Shown: in pieces, positions 17,548 to 23,153 of the stretch
Layout: the number at the start of each line of letters is the position of its first letter
Position numbering within the stretch: the first letter of the stretch is position 1
Origin: an uncultured Actinomycetes bacterium
GTDB lineage: Bacteria; Actinomycetota; Acidimicrobiia; Spongiisociales; DATADW01
Length of the DNA stretch: 23,153 bases
Assembly (NCBI GenBank): GCA_963824995.1
Contig: CAWGRK010000010.1
Location: 246,928-270,080 of the forward strand
Direction of reading: 5' to 3'
The notes under the pieces: generated by a model
Told to the model about the DNA's origin: nothing
The model's database searches: none
The model's input: the letters and a program-made list of their open reading frames with translations, nothing else
Made by a program: the position numbers and the translations under genes

Positions 17548-17918
17548 TCAATGGCCGATCTTCTCATTACGCGCTCCGCGCCGCTGCTGAGGGCGCTGCA
17601 TCACAGCTTCCGAAATCACTGCGACCACCCCGTCCAAGTTCTCCAGCACGTCGGTGTTGTAGAACCTGAGCACTCGCATTCCCTTCGACCGAAGGTAACG
17701 ATCTCTTGCTCGTCAGCCGCGGGTCGTCGTGCGTCTGGCCATCGACATCGACGACGATCTCGACCGAGAGAGCCACGAAGTCGATGATGTACGGACCGAT
17801 CGGCTCCTGGCGCCGGAATCGAACACCGATTTGCCCGCGGCGCAAACGCCTCCAAAGCAGCAGCTCGGCGTGGGTCGGCTCTCGCCTCATCTGGCGGGCA
17901 CGATGGAGAGTCGGCCAT
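17548..17918 (-). pseudogene. DUF559 (Vsr-like) endonuclease, frameshifted
   Basis: RARQMRREPTHAELLLWRRLR...FRRQEPIGPYIIDF...VDVDGQTH, then a shift at ~17715 to ARDRYLRSKGMRVLRFYNTDVLENLDGV. The RBS-preceded ATG 17918 is also out of frame. Confidence 0.8.
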
Positions 17919-17949
17919 CCTTCCCCTCGGGTGGCTTTAGGATCCGGAA

Positions 17950-17980
17950 ATATTACAATGGTGCACTCAAGTTATAGTGT
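17950..17980 (+). promoter_or_regulatory. dnaK promoter region with HAIR half-site
   Basis: AT-rich stretch with TACAAT (17954-17959), TATAGT (17973-17978) and ACTCAAG (17965-17971), the right half of the HspR HAIR consensus CTTGAGT-N7-ACTCAAG. Confidence 0.6.
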
Positions 17981-18015
17981 ACGAAGCCACTGAACATCGT
18001 CAGGAGTAGACAGAT

Positions 18016-19848
18016 ATGGCCAAGGCCGTCGGCATCGATCTCGGGACCACGAACAGCGTCATCGCCGTCTTGGAGGGCGGCGAGCCCACGATCATTCCCA
18101 ATGCGGAAGGTTCACGGGTCACACCATCGGTAGTCGCCTTCAAGGACGGAGAGGTTCTCGTGGGCGAGGTGGCCAAGCGCCAGGCGATCACCAACCCGGA
18201 CCGGACCATCCGTTCGGTGAAGCGTCACATGGGAACGAACTGGAACGCCGAGGCGGACGGGAAGAAGTACACCGCCCAGGAGATTTCCGCTCGCGTCCTG
18301 CAGAAGTTGAAGAGGGACGCCGAGTCGTACCTCGGTGACACGGTGGCGGAGGCCGTCATCACCGTCCCGGCGTACTTCAACGATGCGCAGCGGCAGGCGA
18401 CCAAGGAAGCCGGTCAGATCGCCGGCCTCAACGTGCTCCGCATCATCAACGAGCCGACAGCCGCCTCGCTCGCCTATGGCTTGGACAAGGAGACCTCGGA
18501 CCACACCATTCTCGTTTTCGACCTGGGGGGAGGGACCTTCGATGTTTCGCTGCTCGAGATCGGCGAAGGCGTCTTCGAGGTCAAGGCGACCTCAGGTGAC
18601 ACCCATCTCGGGGGAGATGACTGGGACGAGAAAGTCATGGAGTGGCTGGTGACCGGGTTCAAGAACGAAAGCGGGGTGGACCTCGGCAAGGACAAGATGG
18701 CACTGCAGCGGCTCAAGGAGGCTGCGGAGAAGGCCAAGATCGAATTGTCGTCGGTCCCCGAGACCGAGATCAACCTCCCCTTCATCACCGCCACGGCTGA
18801 GGGCCCGCTCCATCTGCAGCGCAAGCTGACCCGTTCGGAGTTCCAGAAGCTGACCGAGGACCTGCTCGACCGGACCAAGTCACCGTTCAACCAGGTGATC
18901 AAGGATGCCGGAGTAGATGTCGCCGACATTGACCACATCGTCCTGGTCGGCGGCTCGACCCGGATGCCCGCCGTTCAGGACCTGGTGCGCGAGCTCACCG
19001 GCAAGGATCCCCACAAGGGTGTCAATCCCGACGAGGTGGTCGCCGCAGGTGCCGCTATCCAGGCGGGCGTGCTCAAGGGCGATGTCAAGGACATCCTCCT
19101 CCTCGATGTGACCCCCCTGACCCTCGGGATCGAGACCAAGGGTGGGGTAATGACCAAGATGATCGAGCGCAACACGACCATCCCCACCCGGCGGTCGGAG
19201 GTGTTCACCACTGCCGAGAGCAACCAACCCGAGGTCGAAATCCACGTCTTGCAGGGTGAGCGTGCGATGTCCGCTGACAACAAGAGCCTCGGCAAGTTCC
19301 GGCTGACCGGCATCCCGCCGGCGCCGATGGGGATTCCCCAGATCGAGGTGACCTTCGACATCGACGCCAATGGCATCGTCTCGGTCAACGCCAAGGATCT
19401 CGGTACCGGCAAGGAGCAGGCGATGACCATCACCGGTGGGACGGCCTTGGCCGGCGACGAGATCGACCGGATGGTCAAGGACGCCGAGCAGTACGCCGAG
19501 GAAGACCGGCAACGTCGCGAGGCTGCGGAGACACGCAACCAGGGCGACCAGTTGGTGCACCAGACCGACAAGCTGCTCACCGAGCAGGCGGAGCAACTGA
19601 GCGACGACGAGCGCAGCGCGATCGAGTCTGCCCTCAAGGATCTCCGCACCACCCTGGAGGACCAGTCGGTGGCCGCCGACGAGATCCGCTCCAAGATGGA
19701 AGCGGTGATAACGGCTTCGCAGGCACTGGCCCAGCGGATCTATCAGCAGGCAGCGGAGCAACAGGCAGGCGAGGAATCGTCGGGCGTCGAGGACGAGGAC
19801 ATCGTCGAGGCCGAGATCGTCGATGAGGGCGAAGAGGAGCAGGCTTGA
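18016..19848 (+). CDS. dnaK: Chaperone DnaK (Hsp70)
   Basis: [48 protein letters not shown]. Confidence 0.99.
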   Translation: MAKAVGIDLGTTNSVIAVLEGGEPTIIPNAEGSRVTPSVVAFKDGEVLVGEVAKRQAITNPDRTIRSVKRHMGTNWNAEADGKKYTAQEISARVLQKLKRDAESYLGDTVAEAVITVPAYFNDAQRQATKEAGQIAGLNVLRIINEPTAASLAYGLDKETSDHTILVFDLGGGTFDVSLLEIGEGVFEVKATSGDTHLGGDDWDEKVMEWLVTGFKNESGVDLGKDKMALQRLKEAAEKAKIELSSVPETEINLPFITATAEGPLHLQRKLTRSEFQKLTEDLLDRTKSPFNQVIKDAGVDVADIDHIVLVGGSTRMPAVQDLVRELTGKDPHKGVNPDEVVAAGAAIQAGVLKGDVKDILLLDVTPLTLGIETKGGVMTKMIERNTTIPTRRSEVFTTAESNQPEVEIHVLQGERAMSADNKSLGKFRLTGIPPAPMGIPQIEVTFDIDANGIVSVNAKDLGTGKEQAMTITGGTALAGDEIDRMVKDAEQYAEEDRQRREAAETRNQGDQLVHQTDKLLTEQAEQLSDDERSAIESALKDLRTTLEDQSVAADEIRSKMEAVITASQALAQRIYQQAAEQQAGEESSGVEDEDIVEAEIVDEGEEEQA

Positions 19849-20471
19849 CGGCGGACGGCGGACGGCGGACGACCGTGAACGAGGAGGCAAGTGCGCCGGA
19901 GGTGGAGATCATCGAAGGCGAGGTCGTCACGGGCGAGATCGTCCCTGAACCGGAGCCACTCGACCCGCACGTCCTCGGTCTCGAGTTCCCTGAGGATCCC
20001 GAGGAGGCACGTCAAGTCCTGTTGAGTGCCTTGGCCGAGAGTCGCGACGAGGCCGGGCGTTATCTCGATGACCTTCGCCGGGTCGCCGCCGACTTCGACA
20101 ACTTCAGGAAGCGTGCCCTGCGCGACCAGGGCGCCATTGTCGAGCGCGCCTCGGAGCGGGTGGTCCAGTCGTTGCTCCCGGTTCTCGACAGTCTCGACGC
20201 CGCAATGGCGATCGAGCCGGAGACCGAGACTGAGCGCAAGCTTCTCGACGGCGTCAAGGGCACCTTCAACTTGCTCCTCGATACGCTCGGGAAAGAGGGT
20301 CTCGTACCCATCGAGGCGCTGGGCATGGACTTCGACCCGACCGTCCACGAGGCTGTGGCGGCGCCCGGCGGTGGAGAGAGCGACCTCGTGGTCACCCAGG
20401 AACTGCGGCGCGGCTACACGCTGGGTAGCCGGGTGCTGAGGCCCTCCCTCGTTGTCGTAGACCACGGATGA
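19845..20471 (+). CDS. grpE: Nucleotide exchange factor GrpE (start TTG 19845 or GTG 19875)
   Basis: [46 protein letters not shown]. Confidence 0.96.
   Translation: MTADGGRRTTVNEEASAPEVEIIEGEVVTGEIVPEPEPLDPHVLGLEFPEDPEEARQVLLSALAESRDEAGRYLDDLRRVAADFDNFRKRALRDQGAIVERASERVVQSLLPVLDSLDAAMAIEPETETERKLLDGVKGTFNLLLDTLGKEGLVPIEALGMDFDPTVHEAVAAPGGGESDLVVTQELRRGYTLGSRVLRPSLVVVDHG
19847..19874. repeat. Tandem heptamer repeat (GACGGCG)3-GACGACC
   Basis: Read directly at the dnaK/grpE junction. Confidence 0.85.
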
Positions 20472-20502
20472 GGCCATGGCGGGGGCATAGGAGGCCTAAC
20501 TC

Positions 20503-21612
20503 TTGAACCGAGACTGGGTCGACAAGGACTTCTACAAGGTGCTGGGCGTCGGCCGCGACGCAGACCAGGACCAAATCAAGCGCGCCTACCGCAAGCTCGC
20601 CCAGAAGCATCACCCAGACGCCAACCAGGGTGACGAGAAGGCCGAGGACAAGTTCAAGGACGTCTCCGAGGCCTACGCCACCCTCTCCGATCCCGAGCAG
20701 CGCAAGGAGTACGACGAAGTCCGCACCATGGTGGACAGCGGCGGGTTCCGTGGGTTCGGTGGATCGGGGGCGTATTCCGGTGGCCAGAGGGTGCGCGTCG
20801 AGGATCTGTCCGACCTCTTCGGTGGGATCGGTGACATCTTCGGAGGGTCAAGGGGGCGTGCCACCACACCGCAGCGTGGTCCGGACGCCGGCACCGACCT
20901 ACACCTCACCTTCGACGAGGCGGTGCGCGGGGTTGATACCGCGGTAACGGTGCGTGGCGAGGCCACGTGCAGCAGATGTCACGGCTCGGGCGCCGAGCCG
21001 GGGACACCGGTGACTGTGTGCCCGACCTGTCGCGGTTCGGGCACAGTCGCCCAGAACCAAGGGGTGTTTTCCTTCGCCTCTCCCTGCCCGCAATGCCGTG
21101 GCTCGGGGATGTTGATCGAGCAGGCCTGTGCCCAGTGCCGCGGCAGCGGGACAGAGGTGCGCTCGAGGACCGTCAAGGTTCGGGTGCCGCCGGGTGTCAA
21201 GCCTGGAGGGACGATCAGGCTCAAAGGCAAGGGCTCACCGGGTCGTAACGGCGGCCCCTCTGGAGACCTCCTCATCAAGACCCACGTGGCACATCACCCG
21301 GTGTTTGGTCGTCGTGGCGACGACCTGACCGTCAAGGTGCCAATCACCTACTCGGAGGCTGTGCTCGGCGCCAAGGTCGAGGTCCCAACCCTCAACGGCT
21401 CGGTCACCCTCAAGGTGCCTCCGGGCACACCAGGCGGCAAGACGTTCCGGATCAGAGGAAAAGGAATCGATCGGGCAAGGGGCAAACCGGGCGACCTTCT
21501 GGCCACGGTCGACGTCGTCATCCCGCAGAAGGTCAACCGTGATGCCAAGAAATTGCTCGAGGAGTTACGCGCCTTCGAGCCGGAGAACCCACGAGCCAAC
21601 CTGAGGGTCTGA
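20503..21612 (+). CDS. dnaJ: Chaperone DnaJ
   Basis: J-domain with HPD, G/F region, four CxxCxGxG repeats; TTG start with GGAGG. Confidence 0.97.
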   Translation: MNRDWVDKDFYKVLGVGRDADQDQIKRAYRKLAQKHHPDANQGDEKAEDKFKDVSEAYATLSDPEQRKEYDEVRTMVDSGGFRGFGGSGAYSGGQRVRVEDLSDLFGGIGDIFGGSRGRATTPQRGPDAGTDLHLTFDEAVRGVDTAVTVRGEATCSRCHGSGAEPGTPVTVCPTCRGSGTVAQNQGVFSFASPCPQCRGSGMLIEQACAQCRGSGTEVRSRTVKVRVPPGVKPGGTIRLKGKGSPGRNGGPSGDLLIKTHVAHHPVFGRRGDDLTVKVPITYSEAVLGAKVEVPTLNGSVTLKVPPGTPGGKTFRIRGKGIDRARGKPGDLLATVDVVIPQKVNRDAKKLLEELRAFEPENPRANLRV

Positions 21613-21613
21613 C

Positions 21614-22015
21614 ATGGCAGACGATGTGCAGAGGAGCGAAGCCGTCTTCGTCATCTCGGTGGCCGCCGAGCTCACCGGAGTCCATCCCCAGACGCTGAGG
21701 ATCTATGAGCGTCGCGGGCTGATCGAGCCCTTCCGCACCCCCGGGGGTACCCGGCGCTACTCCCGGGCCGACCTGGACCGGCTCGAGCTCATCCAGGCGC
21801 TCACCGAGGCCGGACTCAACCTGGAGGGAGTAAAGCGGGTGATGAAGCTGGAGGAGGAGATCGAGGAGATGCGTCGCGACGTGGCCGAGATGCAAAGGCG
21901 CGTCGAGGAGATGGCCGCAGAGGCGGAGCGGAGAGTGCGCGAGGTCCACCGCAGCTACCGTCGCGAGATCGTGCTTCACAGCAGGATTCAATCCCAGGCC
22001 CGGCAGGACGACTGA
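21614..22015 (+). CDS. hspR: Heat-shock repressor HspR (MerR family)
   Basis: FVISVAAELTGVHPQTLRIYERRGL...RTPGGTRRYS, GLNLEGVKR; canonical position after dnaJ. Confidence 0.94.
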   Translation: MADDVQRSEAVFVISVAAELTGVHPQTLRIYERRGLIEPFRTPGGTRRYSRADLDRLELIQALTEAGLNLEGVKRVMKLEEEIEEMRRDVAEMQRRVEEMAAEAERRVREVHRSYRREIVLHSRIQSQARQDD

Positions 22016-22023
22016 GAGGCGTC

Positions 22024-22296
22024 ATGGCGGGATACGAGGGTCCGATCCGGGTGCTCGACCCCAACGGGGTGTTGCTCGACGTCGGGACGGGGAGCCTCTC
22101 CCCCGTCGATGAGCGACCCGGGCACTGGGAGGGGACGGTCGAGGTGAGCAGCGGGTCCAACATCGTCGGAAAAGCCCTTCAGGTCTTGATCGACATCGGA
22201 ACTGCCCGCAGTGCCGCCGTGCTCCAGGTGGACAACGAGATCTCCGCGGCCAACGCCATCGTCAGTTTCGTCGGAGCCGGCCGGGCCCCCTTCTGA
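22024..22296 (+). CDS. Small hypothetical protein, possibly DUF4873-like
   Basis: 90 aa, beta-rich; YEGP...SPVDE..GHWEGTV...G.GRAPF resembles my recollection of DUF4873. RBS GAGG; starts 8 nt after hspR. Confidence 0.5.
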   Translation: MAGYEGPIRVLDPNGVLLDVGTGSLSPVDERPGHWEGTVEVSSGSNIVGKALQVLIDIGTARSAAVLQVDNEISAANAIVSFVGAGRAPF

Positions 22297-22309
22297 TCGC
22301 GGAATTGGT

Positions 22310-22336
22310 TGTCCATCCGGCACGGTCCGGTTCGTC
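22310..22336 (+). promoter_or_regulatory. Putative ECF42-dependent promoter
   Basis: TGTCCA-N17-CGTC, close to the reported ECF42 consensus (-35 TGTCGA, -10 CG(A/T)C), upstream of the DGPF gene. Confidence 0.55.
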
Positions 22337-22392
22337 GTCTTTCAAAGAGTGCCGGTGGCGAGATCCGGCCCGCGAGCTCCGGGAGGAGTGAC

Positions 22393-22740
22393 ATGAAGTA
22401 CCTGGCCCTGATCGCAGGCGAGGAGTCTCAGGAAGAGGTTCCCCCAGAGGTGTGGCAGCAGGTGATGGACGCCTACAACGCCTTCGGAGAGGCAGGGGGC
22501 GCGGCGGGCGTCCTCGCTGGCGGCGAAGCTCTCGAGCCGAGCAGCACCGCCACCACCGTCCGGGTGCGAGACGGCGAAACGCTGCTGACCGACGGCCCCT
22601 TTGCCGAGACCAAGGAGGTCATCGGCGGCTACTACATCCTCGATTGCCCCGACCTCGACACCGCCGTCCACTGGGCGGCACAGATCCCAGGAGCCAAGAC
22701 GGGCTCCATCGAGGTGCGGCCGATCATGGAGATCAGCTGA
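22393..22740 (+). CDS. YciI/DGPF family protein
   Basis: GEALEPSSTATTVR, TDGPFAETKEVIGGYY, IEVRPI; RBS GGAGGAG. Confidence 0.92.
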   Translation: MKYLALIAGEESQEEVPPEVWQQVMDAYNAFGEAGGAAGVLAGGEALEPSSTATTVRVRDGETLLTDGPFAETKEVIGGYYILDCPDLDTAVHWAAQIPGAKTGSIEVRPIMEIS

Positions 22741-22744
22741 GCCG

Positions 22745-23153
22745 ATGAGCCGGGTGGCGGACGAGCCACCGGCCGACGACCCGCGCCGAGCGGTGGCCGT
22801 CGCCTTTCGGGAGCATTCCGGGAAGGTGGTGGCCACCCTCGCCCGGGTCTTCCGCAGCATCGACCTGGCGGAGGAGGCCGCCCAGGAGGCCTTCGAAACG
22901 GCGATTCGGGTCTGGCCGGAGCGAGGCATACCGGAGAACCCGGCGGCATGGATAACCACCACGGCTCGCAACAAGGCTCTCGACCGGGTCAGGCGCGAGA
23001 CGAAGCGGCCCGATCTGGAGGCATCGGCGCAGGGGTCCGCCCTGGTGATCGATGACGATCCGAGTCCAGAGGAGATACCGGACGACAGGCTCCGCCTCGT
23101 CTTCACCTGCTGCCATCCCGCCCTGAACGCCGAGGCGCGGGTGGCGCTCACAC
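22745..23153 (+). CDS. ECF42-type RNA polymerase sigma factor (partial, runs off right edge)
   Basis: Manual translation: VVATLARVFRSIDLAEEAAQEAF...WPERGIPENPAAWITTTARNKALDRVRR...IPDDRLRLVFTCCHPALNAEARVAL; follows a DGPF gene. Confidence 0.9.
   Translation, partial: MSRVADEPPADDPRRAVAVAFREHSGKVVATLARVFRSIDLAEEAAQEAFETAIRVWPERGIPENPAAWITTTARNKALDRVRRETKRPDLEASAQGSALVIDDDPSPEEIPDDRLRLVFTCCHPALNAEARVALT

Noticed and set aside
22309..23153. YciI + ECF sigma pair as a novel system
   Set aside because: Matches the already described ECF42/DGPF arrangement.
1..23153. CRISPR arrays, tRNA/rRNA genes, IS transposases
   Set aside because: No regularly spaced repeats, cloverleaf or rRNA signatures, or transposase motifs were seen by eye.

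Overview
High-GC actinobacterial DNA (Acidimicrobiia-like by gene content; the taxon is inferred), densely coding, about 25 genes. The standout is a c-di-AMP (ydaO/yuaA) riboswitch at ~1441-1566 directly in front of a coupled operon for 2-phosphoglycerate kinase and cyclic 2,3-diphosphoglycerate synthetase. This is the complete cDPG pathway known from methanogenic and hyperthermophilic archaea. A convergent CpdA-like metallophosphoesterase is a candidate cDPG hydrolase. The second candidate system is an ECF sigma factor coupled to an Ogt + C-terminal Ada Zn-finger protein with no AraC HTH, possibly an alkylation-sensing anti-sigma factor, divergent from mug. The rest: aconitase X (runs off the left edge), a molybdopterin oxidoreductase, SAM methyltransferase, tag-msrB, orphan parA, GNAT, DUF4015 lipoprotein, RDD pair, SthA-like and quinone oxidoreductases, a broken DUF559 nuclease with a palindromic repeat, dnaK-grpE-dnaJ-hspR, and a DGPF/YciI + ECF42 pair (runs off the right edge). 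Four genes carry frameshifts that may be sequencing errors. All calls come from motif recognition only; no database searches were run.
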